64,000 nucleotides of DNA. Source: an uncultured Chlorobiaceae bacterium. GTDB taxonomy: Bacteria; Bacteroidota; Chlorobiia; Chlorobiales; Chlorobiaceae. The stretch lies in contig CAJEXQ010000011.1 of NCBI GenBank assembly GCA_903994635.1, positions 384 to 64,383 on the forward strand, given 5' to 3'. A program made the translations under genes and the position numbers. Below are positions 10,503 to 19,685 of this stretch, piece by piece. Numbering within the stretch: position 1 is the stretch's first letter; each line of letters opens with the position of its first letter. The notes below the pieces were generated by a model. It saw nothing but the letters and a program-made list of their open reading frames with translations, was not told the DNA's origin and ran no database searches.

Positions 10503-11460
10503 ATGAACTCTTCCATTGTATTATTACCGAACTGGATAGGAGATATGCTTCTGGCCCTTTCTGTTGTCATGCGCTTACCCGAAAGTCGTCGATCACATAC
10601 CACGCTTCTGGTTCCTGGGCAGATGAGCAGTTTGGTCAGGATGTTGTGTGATTTACCGGTGATTGAGTATGGCCGCAGTGATGCGGACAATCGAAAACGT
10701 ACTTTGGAAACCGTACGTATGGGGGGGGTTCCAGACCATGTACCTGCTGCCTTTTTCCTTCTCTTCAGCATGGTTTGCGATGAAAACCGGTGTGCCTGTC
10801 AGAAGGGGATTATCTCGGGAAATGAGGCGCTTTCTCCTGACAGATCCATTGCCAAGAGATGTTATTAATATTGATAATAACAAGTTGCACCATATCACCA
10901 ATGAATATGCTGAAATCCTCGATACGCCATTTCTCCCTCCTGAAGAGTGGGATGGCGTAACTGTTCTGCCTGAAACGAATTATACGGGTTCGATTGTTTA
11001 TTGTCCTGGTGCAGCATACGGGCCTGCCAAGAAATGGCGTCATTTTCCTGAACTGGCATTGTTGCAGGATTGTTACAATATTGTCATACTCGGGTCGCGT
11101 GGCGATGGGGAGTCGGCGCAGGAGATTGTGCGGATGGCTCCTGAAAGGATTACAGACTTGACCGGCAGGACTTCTTTGAATGAGGTTGCCGCGATCATGT
11201 CGAGCGCTCGTGCCGTTGTCTCGAACGATTCCGGTTTGATGCATCTTGCCGCTTATATTGGTACTCCGGTTATCGGGATCTTTGGTTCCACCAGTCCGGT
11301 ATGGACACATCCCATCGGTAAAAAAAGCATTGCGCTCAATGTGCCGGAGCCATGTGCACCATGTTTCGATAAAACATGCCAGTACCATCACTACCGCTGT
11401 TTTGAGATGATTACACCTGATGCTGTCGCCGCAGCAGTAGAACAAGTGTGCGGCTCTTAA
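10503..11460 (+). pseudogene. waaF: LPS heptosyltransferase II (WaaF-like, GT9) split by a +1 frameshift in a G8 tract at 10721-10728
   Basis: The N-terminal part (PNWIGD) is in ORF 10497..10868 and the C-terminal part (PGAAYGPAKKW, NDSGLMHLAA, IFGST) is in ORF 10663..11460. Removing one G joins them into a 318-aa GT9. Confidence 0.8.
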
Positions 11461-11507
11461 CAATGGCACCGTTGTCGGTGTTACGATGAGTGACATAAAT
11501 CGTCGGT

Positions 11508-12497
11508 TCAACGCTTCGGAGTCTGCTGCTTGATTGTGAATCCATCTACAAGCGCGAACCACTCGCCAGATTCTCTCTGATGAGGATCGATGGTATGCAT
11601 ACCGTCTTTGTTCCAGTATTCATGGCCGGGTTGCACGACTGGTTCTTCCGATGCCAACTCTTCGCAATAGCTCTTTTCAGTAAGTTCAGTTACCTTAAAT
11701 GCCCAGACTTTCGTGCCGTAGTTCGGTATCTCATCTTGTGCATAACGGTAAATGGCTCCATTGTAAAGAATTACTCTTCCTCCAGGGCGAGCGAAATGCG
11801 GACTGTTGCGCACTACAGGACTTTTCGGATGTTCTTTCCATGGCCCGATAATTGTGTCAGCAGTGAACAGATGGAGATTTTTTGACTTGCCAGCATAACT
11901 GAACAGGTACCAGCGGTTGTGGTAGTGAATAATAGATGGATCAACCGTTGGCGCAAAGCGATCTTTGCCTTTGATAAGGGTGGCTCTATGCTGCCAATCA
12001 TCAGGAAAATGTGTTGCCCGATAAAGTTGAATGCCGCCCGATCCCATACATTCAGGAATCATGTAATACTCTCCATCTGCCATAAAAATATGGGGATAGG
12101 AGAGGTGAAAACGTTCTTTCAAAATAACCTTGCGATACTCCCATTGCAAGCCGTTATGGCTGAAGGCGTAGGCAATTTCTCCCATATTTCTTTTGTTGTT
12201 CAATACTTCAAAGAAAAGATGATAGCCAGTGTTATTCTTTATCATGAAAGGATCAGCCACAAAGCGAGCAGAGATATCACTGACATCTTTTGCGGTCAGC
12301 ACAGGGTTTGTAATGCCTTTTGGCGGGGAAAGCTCAAGAGGTGATTTCCCTTCATATATACCGATTGACCAAGTTTCTCTGTTTCGCCTTAAAATCTTTT
12401 TTTTGCAATGTTTTCTATAGCGGGCCATGATGAGCAGTACAATGGCAACGATTAGAAGGCTTGTCAGCAATAAGGCTATGTTGAAAGAGCCTGTCAT
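11508..12497 (-). CDS. Membrane-anchored beta-propeller protein resembling the N-terminal domain of plant GINT1 (GH43/GH32-like fold)
   Basis: N-terminal TM helix with a basic stop-transfer segment, then WSIGIY, NPVLT, FVADPF, HLSYP, YMIPE, GPWKEHP, ARPGG and YAQD motifs, recognised from memory. Confidence 0.65.
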   Translation of the reverse strand: MTGSFNIALLLTSLLIVAIVLLIMARYRKHCKKKILRRNRETWSIGIYEGKSPLELSPPKGITNPVLTAKDVSDISARFVADPFMIKNNTGYHLFFEVLNNKRNMGEIAYAFSHNGLQWEYRKVILKERFHLSYPHIFMADGEYYMIPECMGSGGIQLYRATHFPDDWQHRATLIKGKDRFAPTVDPSIIHYHNRWYLFSYAGKSKNLHLFTADTIIGPWKEHPKSPVVRNSPHFARPGGRVILYNGAIYRYAQDEIPNYGTKVWAFKVTELTEKSYCEELASEEPVVQPGHEYWNKDGMHTIDPHQRESGEWFALVDGFTIKQQTPKR

Positions 12498-13540
12498 GAG
12501 AGTTGTTTCAGCATTTCGTGTAACGCTGAAGAGACTTCACTTGGCTTAATATCAATGATATCATTGGTTGGCGATACAATGACCTCTTGCCTCGTGCTCA
12601 ATGGGCCGAATTGTGTTCGATCAGCCAGAAACTTTCTGTAAAGAGCTATGATTGGAGTATCGGAACAGGCGGCAATATGTACAAGGGAAGTGTCTGGGGT
12701 AATGAGAAGCTTGAGTTTTTTGACAATTTCTCCGACCTCATAAATGTTGCTTGTCGAAGGAGATTTCAGGACGTTTGAGTGTGGTCGTTCAAGTGCTTGT
12801 TTTTTTTCAAGGTCACCGGGAGTTGAAAAGATAATAAAACTTTCCAGGGGGAAACTCAGGATGAGTTCTGACCATTGCAGGATAGTACGGTGCCCGCCAA
12901 TATGCCCGGCGCTTATGTTGATGCCAAGGAATTTACCTTGCGGGAGCCTGTTCAGGAATGATGTTACTTCAGGTGAGATTGGCATGGGTGGCAGATATGG
13001 CTTGCACTGCAGTTGTACCCTGTTTCCGTCGAGAGCACTCAGAAGAGCAAGGTTTTTGGCGGATTCATGCGTATTCGGGTCGAGAGCAATAAGGTGGTCG
13101 AAGAGACCTTCATGATTCGGGTTGAAGTGCCCCACCTTGTGCCTGGCACGGATAACCACTGATTGGATAAGAAAATGAGTGGACGGGTGGTCCTTTGGGT
13201 TGAATAGCAAGTCGAACTTTTTTAAAAGAATGCCTTTAACATAGCGATGCATATTCCTTTTGGCGTGGTAGACCCCTGCAATATTAGGATCGGCACTGAA
13301 AAAATTGAAAATGATTTGGCTGAAAGCGACGATGTATATCGAGATTTCAGGATACTCACTTCTTAGGCTCCCGATTAAGGGAGTAAGCAGAATACAGTCT
13401 CCGTAGCATTCCCGTGCCAGAATTACAATGCTTTTTGGATCTCTCTGCAGAGCGGAAGCTTTCTTTCGTCTTTTTGCCACGAACTGGATTCCACCAGCAA
13501 AGTTTTTGCGGAATGCGATGTGATCTTTTTTTGATTTCAT
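12494..13540 (-). CDS. GT9 family glycosyltransferase
   Basis: YGDCILLTPLI, GINISAG and ITPDTSLVHIAA motifs. Confidence 0.85.
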   Translation of the reverse strand: MKSKKDHIAFRKNFAGGIQFVAKRRKKASALQRDPKSIVILARECYGDCILLTPLIGSLRSEYPEISIYIVAFSQIIFNFFSADPNIAGVYHAKRNMHRYVKGILLKKFDLLFNPKDHPSTHFLIQSVVIRARHKVGHFNPNHEGLFDHLIALDPNTHESAKNLALLSALDGNRVQLQCKPYLPPMPISPEVTSFLNRLPQGKFLGINISAGHIGGHRTILQWSELILSFPLESFIIFSTPGDLEKKQALERPHSNVLKSPSTSNIYEVGEIVKKLKLLITPDTSLVHIAACSDTPIIALYRKFLADRTQFGPLSTRQEVIVSPTNDIIDIKPSEVSSALHEMLKQLS

Positions 13541-13561
13541 GCACACTGCATTTAAGTAGTT

Positions 13562-14638
13562 TCAGTGGCTGATTAAATCTTCTGCTAAAAGTTCGTATTG
13601 ACTGACGACTTTTTGCAGTTCAAACTTTTCTTCTGCAATTTGTCGCGCTGCCATTCCGATTTGACGATAATCAGAGCCCAACAATCTTATAACGCCATTC
13701 GCAAGTCCTTTACTATCATCAGGTTTTACAATCATACCGGACACATTGTTGACTATTACATCAACTAAACCGGAGCCGGAGGTAGCTACCACCGGTCGGC
13801 TTGATGCCATTGATTCCAGAGCACTCATCGACATACCCTCTTCGGGTGATGGCATAACCGTTATATCTACTTCTGAAAGTATTTCAGGGATGTCTTTTCT
13901 GAATCCGGTAAAGAATACTTTATCCTGGATGTTGAGTTTTTTAGCCAGCTCTTTGAGTTGCAGTTCAATAGATCCTGTACCAACGATTAAAAAAGAGACG
14001 GCTCCAATTTTTTCTACAATGTCAGGAATTGCTGCGATGAAACACTCAAGCCCCTTATGTGCGTCCAGCCGGCTTATTACTGCAACAACATAGGGCGCAG
14101 GGTCAATGTTATCGACTGCTCTTTTTAGCTTGTTGAAGCTGAGCAAATCGATTCCATCATATATAACCCTGATATTATGTTCAGGGATGGCATAATCCTC
14201 AATAAGTTCACGTTTGATTTTATCCGAAACGGCAATAATACTGTCTATAAGTTGCGTATAGAGCAGTCTGTTGATCTGTTTTTTTACTCCTTTTTTTCTG
14301 TATGGGACGTTACGAGTTAAAATAACTTTTCTATTTGTAAGTTTTCCTGCCAGAGAAGCGACCCAATAAAACTTCGGAGAGCATATCTCTATGAGGTCAA
14401 TCTTCTCCTTTACAATGAGATTTATGAGTTTAGGGACGATAAAAAGGTTGACATCAGATTTTGGATCTATCGTATAAACAGAGATCTTCTCTTCCAACAA
14501 TATAGTTGAAAGTCCACTTCCGGGTAAACAGCAAGCAGTAATAGTGTGACCACGTTTTTTAAGCTCTTTACTGAATAAAAGTATTCTGTTCGCCCCTCCA
14601 GACCAATGGGGAGTGGCATCAAATATCATGATATTCAT
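13562..14638 (-). CDS. GT4 family glycosyltransferase
   Basis: SGGAN, RLDAHKG and EEGMSMSALESMA (EX7E) motifs. Start placed at ATG 14638. Confidence 0.9.
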   Translation of the reverse strand: MNIMIFDATPHWSGGANRILLFSKELKKRGHTITACCLPGSGLSTILLEEKISVYTIDPKSDVNLFIVPKLINLIVKEKIDLIEICSPKFYWVASLAGKLTNRKVILTRNVPYRKKGVKKQINRLLYTQLIDSIIAVSDKIKRELIEDYAIPEHNIRVIYDGIDLLSFNKLKRAVDNIDPAPYVVAVISRLDAHKGLECFIAAIPDIVEKIGAVSFLIVGTGSIELQLKELAKKLNIQDKVFFTGFRKDIPEILSEVDITVMPSPEEGMSMSALESMASSRPVVATSGSGLVDVIVNNVSGMIVKPDDSKGLANGVIRLLGSDYRQIGMAARQIAEEKFELQKVVSQYELLAEDLISH

Positions 14639-14805
14639 CCGTAACTCATTAAAAATAAAGGTTCCCCTCTGGGTGTCTGGCACCAGCGGCAGTTTTTGTT
14701 TGTTTTTTTTATGTCCAATACCTATCTGTTAGTTATGGTCTGATTTTTTTGCTTTGCGGAAAGATAAATCAAATTTTCACAGATTTCATTCTATTGAGGG
14801 AGATT

Positions 14806-15748
14806 ATGCATAGATATTTCGTAACCGATATTTTTGCTGCAAGACGGCCCACCTTTGCAGTCAATACACTGCTATTGATCGGTATCATGCTGCTTTACCC
14901 GCTGGCTGGTGCTTTGCTGTTCTCACTTCTTGATGGCGGGGGCCAGGGGAGTGCATCATTTTTGCATCCTGACAGAAGTATGCTTCCCCTCATCCGCCTG
15001 GTTCAGTCTGTCGGACAGTTTTTGGTGCTTGCCTTGCCAGCTATGCTGCTTGCAGCCTGGCATATGGGCAGGAAAAACCCCTTTTCCCAAGAGAGTCTCG
15101 CTTTTTTAGGGATACGCAGGAATCTTGACTTTAGTGCTGTTGCCTTGGCCGTCGGGGGGGATTTTTTTCCTTCAGCCGCTTTTATATACTGTTACGGTGC
15201 TACAGGATCTTTACCTCTGGCCATCTCTTGGTGAAGCTGGCGCTGAGGTGGTTCGTCAACGCGATACGATGGAGACGTTTATCAGGGAACTTTCGCTGGT
15301 GCGCACTGGTTCCGAGTTTTTTGCGGTTGCCTTTGTTTTTGCTTTCACTCCCGCTGTTTGTGAGGAGTTGTTCTTCAGGGGGTATATCCAGCAAAATTAT
15401 ACTCGTTCCATGTCGTCCAGACGAGCTGTCCTCCTGACGGGATTAGTTTTTGCTTTTTTTCATTTGAGTACCGCAAATTTTCTTCCTCTTGCTTTGCTTG
15501 GGTGCTATATTGGTTATATTTACGGCAGAACTGGTAACTTGGTGGTGCCTTTTTTTGCTCATCTTGTTAACAATTTTGGGGCGCTGATTTTCCTTCTTTT
15601 TTCGGGAGGAGGTGCCGGTGCATCAAGGCCAGTGCAGTTTGTTGATACCCCTTGGTGGTGGTGTGTTGTTGCTGTGAGTTCATTTCTTTTTGTAAAGGTC
15701 ATTCGGTGGTTTTCAACGGCTTCTTCCCTGAAGGTGGATATATTGTGA
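14806..15748 (+). pseudogene. CPBP (Abi/CAAX) intramembrane metalloprotease split by a +1 frameshift at a G7-A-T7 tract (15154-15168)
   Basis: The N-terminal TM part is in ORF 14749..15234. The catalytic part (EELFFRG, FAFFH, HLVNN) is in ORF 15125..15748. Removing one base gives a 313-aa protein. Confidence 0.75.
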
Positions 15749-15794
15749 ATCGAGGCGCTGATTATGAGGCTGATGGGTTGTTAAAATTTGATGT

Positions 15795-16616
15795 ATGGGC
15801 AAGCTCTTGAGTGTTAATTTATTGCAGAGGGTCATGGTGGCTCTGGCTGGTATTCCCCTTCTTCTGTGGCTTATTAAGCTTGGGGGTGTGTATTTTTTTT
15901 ATTTTTTTTTGTTGCTGGCGCTTTTGGCAGTTTTTGAGTTTCATCGAATGGCTCAGCAGAAGGCTCATCCGCCAGCACTCTGGCTTGTACTTCTGATAAC
16001 CCTTCTTTTTCAGTTGAACTTTTATCTCCATTTTGCTGAGGTCTGGGAGCTTTTGCTTGTGGTTATTCTTGGTTTTCTGGTGATGGAGCTCTTCTCGAAA
16101 GAGGGATCGCCGCATATTAATCTTGGTGCCGTTTTTCCGGGCCTGCTCTACGTGAACCTCTCATTCGGCTCTCTGCTAAGGCTGCGTCTCGAAGCTGTTG
16201 ATGGACAAGGGGAGATTATGGTATTCTTACTGTTTTTGTGTGTTTGGTCAGCAGATATTTTTGCCTATTTCGGCGGGAGTACACTCGGTGGAAAATTTAT
16301 TCACCGAAAATTGTTTGAGCGCTTGAGTCCCCATAAGACATGGGAAGGTTTTTTGTCAGGCCTGGCAGGAAGCATCGCCGCATCGCTTATATACGGGAGT
16401 TTTGTTCCACAACTGCCGCCAGCGAAAGCATTGTTGACAGGATTGCTGATTGGGTTGGCGAGTCCGGCTGGCGACCTTATTGAGTCCATGTTCAAGAGAG
16501 ATGCGGGGGTAAAAGATTCTTCTGGTCTGATTCCCGGTCACGGGGGAGTGCTTGACCGGTTTGATACTATTATGTTTCTTTCGCCATTTATCTATTTTAT
16601 TACGTTGCGCTTCTGA
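15795..16616 (+). CDS. cdsA: Phosphatidate cytidylyltransferase
   Basis: SPHKTWEG and GDLIESMFKRDAGVKDSSGLIPGHGGVLDRFD motifs. Confidence 0.95.
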   Translation: MGKLLSVNLLQRVMVALAGIPLLLWLIKLGGVYFFYFFLLLALLAVFEFHRMAQQKAHPPALWLVLLITLLFQLNFYLHFAEVWELLLVVILGFLVMELFSKEGSPHINLGAVFPGLLYVNLSFGSLLRLRLEAVDGQGEIMVFLLFLCVWSADIFAYFGGSTLGGKFIHRKLFERLSPHKTWEGFLSGLAGSIAASLIYGSFVPQLPPAKALLTGLLIGLASPAGDLIESMFKRDAGVKDSSGLIPGHGGVLDRFDTIMFLSPFIYFITLRF

Positions 16617-16742
16617 ACTGATAGTCAGGCCGATGCCTTGTGCGGTATGGATACCAAATGTTTTATATATTGCCGGGTGAAATTTTATAGGCAGGGAACA
16701 TTCATCCACCGGCAGGAGTATTAACCGCAAGAGGCTATCGTA

Positions 16743-17213
16743 ATGAAAGTAGAAGGTCTTCTTTCCGAAAAGTGTATTGTTTTGAATCTTGAGCTCTCCC
16801 TAAAAAGTCAGGTGATCGAAAAGATGCTTTCTCTTGTGGCCGATCATCCAGGAGTAGCTGATATTGGCAAGCTTCGGGAGGATGTACTAAAGCGGGAACA
16901 GGATATGTCTACCGGTATAGGCAAAACATTGGCTCTTCCTCATGCCAAGAGTGCCGGAGTGAACCAGCCTGTGATGGCTTTTGCAACGCTAAGGGAGGAA
17001 ATTGATTTTGATTCGATCGATAATGAACCGGTAAAGATTGTCTTTCTTTTGGCGACTCCCGAGGAGATGCTCGCTGAGCATTTGAAGCTCCTTGGGCGGA
17101 TTACGAGGCTGGCTGGGCGGGAGGATGTTCGAAAGAGGCTTCTTCTTGCAATATCACCCGAAGAGGTTATTGAGCTTTTCAGGGAAGAGGAAAAAGATTT
17201 TCCGCAAATATAA
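16743..17213 (+). CDS. PTS IIA-like (PtsN/fructose-type) protein
   Basis: REQDMSTGIGKTLALPHAK phospho-His motif and DSIDNEPV. Confidence 0.9.
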   Translation: MKVEGLLSEKCIVLNLELSLKSQVIEKMLSLVADHPGVADIGKLREDVLKREQDMSTGIGKTLALPHAKSAGVNQPVMAFATLREEIDFDSIDNEPVKIVFLLATPEEMLAEHLKLLGRITRLAGREDVRKRLLLAISPEEVIELFREEEKDFPQI

Positions 17214-17216
17214 GTT

Positions 17217-18509
17217 ATGTCAGAGTATCAGGCAGTCAAGGGGACAAGGGATATTTTTCCGGAAGAGGTAGCTCAGTGGAGGTATGTCGAAGAAATTGTG
17301 CATACTCTTTCCACTCTTTGCGGGTTTAGCGAGATACGAACTCCAGTTTTCGAGTATACTGAGCTTTTTCAGAGAGGGATTGGCCCGACAACAGATATTG
17401 TTGGTAAAGAGATGTTCTCGTTTCTGCCAGATCCGAAAGGCAGATCGGTGACCTTGCGTCCGGAGATGACAGCCGGTGTCATGCGAGCGGCACTTCAAAA
17501 AAAGCTTTTTTCGTTGGCCCCTCTTCATAAGCTCTATTATATCGGCGAGTTGTTTCGCAAGGAGAGACCTCAGGCGGGACGTCAGCGTCAGTTTTCACAG
17601 TTCGGGGCTGAACTTCTTGGAGTCTCTTCGCCTGCGGCTGTGGCCGAGGTTATAACTCTGATGATGCAGGTTTTCGAATCGCTCGGCTTGACTGGCCTGA
17701 AACTCAGGATTAATACTCTTGGCGACACTGAAGACCGGCTTCGGTACCGTGAGGCATTGCAGCTTTATTTTTCTCCCTTTCAGGAGATACTGGACGATGC
17801 TTCAAAAGAGCGGCTCGAAAAAAATCCACTCCGGATTCTCGATTCAAAAAATCCCGCAGTGCAAGAGCTTGTTGCCGGTGCACCGAGATTGTACGATTAT
17901 CTCAAAGCTTCTTCGCTTCAGGATTTTGAGAAGGTGCTTTTCTATTTGGCGGAGCGAGAGATCGCTTATGTCATCGATCATCGCCTTGTCCGGGGGCTTG
18001 ATTATTACTCCCATACAGCCTTTGAAGTCTCCAGTGCAGAGCTCGGTGCCCAGGATGCCATAGGTGGGGGAGGGCGTTATGACGGCCTTGCACGGGAGCT
18101 GGGCAGTTCGGCGGATGTGCCAGCATCCGGTTTTGCAGTAGGAATGGAGAGGCTTCTCATTACAATGGAAAAGCAGGGGCTTTTTGCTGCACTCCATCCT
18201 CATGGCCCGCATGTTTATGTTGTTGTTCAGCAGCAGGAATTGGCTGACCATGCCTTGCAGATCACCTGGCAATTGCGCAAGGCAGGGATAAAGAGTGAGA
18301 TGGATTTGGCGGGAAGGAGCATGAAAGCGCAGATGAGAGATGCAAACAGGATTCGAGCCTCCTATGTGCTTTTTGTTGGAACAATGGAATATTCGACAGG
18401 GCTCTATTCGCTGAAAAATTTAGCTACCTCTCGGCAGACAACCCTCTCTCTGGAGGCATTGCTCCAATTTCTGCAAGAAGTTGCGGTAAAAGAGCAGCCA
18501 GCCTTATGA
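17217..18509 (+). CDS. hisS: Histidine--tRNA ligase
   Basis: [28 protein letters not shown] and GGGGRYD motifs. Confidence 0.97.
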   Translation: MSEYQAVKGTRDIFPEEVAQWRYVEEIVHTLSTLCGFSEIRTPVFEYTELFQRGIGPTTDIVGKEMFSFLPDPKGRSVTLRPEMTAGVMRAALQKKLFSLAPLHKLYYIGELFRKERPQAGRQRQFSQFGAELLGVSSPAAVAEVITLMMQVFESLGLTGLKLRINTLGDTEDRLRYREALQLYFSPFQEILDDASKERLEKNPLRILDSKNPAVQELVAGAPRLYDYLKASSLQDFEKVLFYLAEREIAYVIDHRLVRGLDYYSHTAFEVSSAELGAQDAIGGGGRYDGLARELGSSADVPASGFAVGMERLLITMEKQGLFAALHPHGPHVYVVVQQQELADHALQITWQLRKAGIKSEMDLAGRSMKAQMRDANRIRASYVLFVGTMEYSTGLYSLKNLATSRQTTLSLEALLQFLQEVAVKEQPAL

Positions 18510-18757
18510 CAATAAATCGACACAGGGTAACGATATTTGGAAAAAAGGAGTGTTGTCTGTGCGATCAGGCTATTGAAGTACTGCAAAAAGTCAACGAGTC
18601 CATTCCGTTTGATCTTGAAAAGATAGACATTTCCGATAATCTGGAGTTGCTTGCCCGGTTTGGGCCTAAAATTCCGGTTGTCTTTGTGGATGCAGTCCAG
18701 GCATTCATTTACCGGGTAAACGAAAATCGCCTCAGGGCGTTGTTGAACCGATGCTGA
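18506..18757 (+). CDS. Glutaredoxin-like protein (DUF836/NrdH-like)
   Basis: CCLC (CxxC) and IPVV cis-Pro motif. Overlaps the hisS stop. Confidence 0.8.
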   Translation: MTINRHRVTIFGKKECCLCDQAIEVLQKVNESIPFDLEKIDISDNLELLARFGPKIPVVFVDAVQAFIYRVNENRLRALLNRC

Positions 18758-18975
18758 AATTTATTCTTCTGGTTATTTTCATCTTTCTGGCGACTCGCAT
18801 GGTGATTCGCGTCGTGGTGCGGCTGTTGCGGGGTGGAATTTTTTTCTTCAGAAGAAATGGGGTCAGTAGCAAAGGAAGTTCTCCGTCTACTTTTTCTTCA
18901 GGGGATCATCTTGATGAGGCTGATTATGAAGTGATAGAAAGTCACCTTGGCGATAAAGCGCAGGATGTTGGATAA
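18751..18975 (+). CDS. Small single-pass membrane protein of unknown function
   Basis: Hydrophobic N-terminus, acidic EADYEVI tail and overlap with the upstream stop. Confidence 0.6.
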   Translation: MLKFILLVIFIFLATRMVIRVVVRLLRGGIFFFRRNGVSSKGSSPSTFSSGDHLDEADYEVIESHLGDKAQDVG

Positions 18976-18981
18976 GGCGTT

Positions 18982-19010
18982 TTGCTGTTGGCAGTTTTTT
19001 TCCGTACATT
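18982..19010 (+). promoter_or_regulatory. Putative sigma70-type promoter for the rimP-nusA-infB operon
   Basis: TTGCTG-N17-TACATT. Confidence 0.45.
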
Positions 19011-19050
19011 AACACACTTGATTTAAAGAGGTGACGAGTTATCTTATCTG

Positions 19051-19073
19051 AAGTGGGGGTTCCCCACTTTTTT
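19051..19073 (+). promoter_or_regulatory. rimP leader hairpin/attenuator
   Basis: AAGTGGGG-gtt-CCCCACTT followed by a T run, about 30 nt upstream of rimP. Confidence 0.6.
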
Positions 19074-19105
19074 GTTTTCTGTAAAAGTTTGCAAGAGGTG
19101 TTTCA

Positions 19106-19627
19106 ATGCAAGAGCGCATCAACAATTGTGTTCTCCAGGTTATTGCAGAGTCTGTCGGTACGCGAGGTGAAGGTGCCTATTTTATTGATCTTAGGATAAA
19201 AGGGAAGGGGAGTGGGCGCAAAATAGAGATACTTATGGATGCCGATATCGGCATTCGCATTCATCAGTGTGCATATCTCAGCAGAAGGATCAGGGAAAAA
19301 CTTGAAGCTGATGATGAACTTTTGGAGCTGATTGGCGAAAATTTTGATTTGATGGTCTCTTCCCCCGGTCTTGGTGAACCCATTATCATACCCCGGCAGT
19401 ACATAAGGCATATTGGCAAGCTTTTGCAGGTCAAGTATACTGACTCTCCTGGTGAGCCAGTGGATCTGATTGGCCACCTACAGGAAGTATCGCTCTCTGA
19501 TGAGGGTGATTCGCGGATTGTCATCATTCCTGAAAAAAACAAGAAAAAGGGGACGCAGCCGAAAGCTGAAGGGATCACACTGTGCCTTAATCAGGTCATT
19601 CGTGCAGTTCCTGAAGCGGAGTTATAG
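19106..19627 (+). CDS. rimP: Ribosome maturation factor RimP
   Basis: LMVSSPGLGEP motif. Directly upstream of nusA. Confidence 0.9.
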   Translation: MQERINNCVLQVIAESVGTRGEGAYFIDLRIKGKGSGRKIEILMDADIGIRIHQCAYLSRRIREKLEADDELLELIGENFDLMVSSPGLGEPIIIPRQYIRHIGKLLQVKYTDSPGEPVDLIGHLQEVSLSDEGDSRIVIIPEKNKKKGTQPKAEGITLCLNQVIRAVPEAEL

Positions 19628-19685
19628 CAGGATTATAGGGGATCGTGGAAATTTTCTATTAAAAATGCACAATCTAAAAGAAGAG

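Noticed and set aside
10810-11562. 250-aa minus-strand ORF
   Set aside because: Antisense shadow of the waaF-like gene with no recognisable protein features.
19470-19685. N-terminal extension of NusA in the ORF track (similar extensions for glmM, bamA, fni, ECF sigma and DUF151)
   Set aside because: Artefact of choosing the first possible start codon. The extensions overlap neighbouring genes or promoters and lack family similarity.
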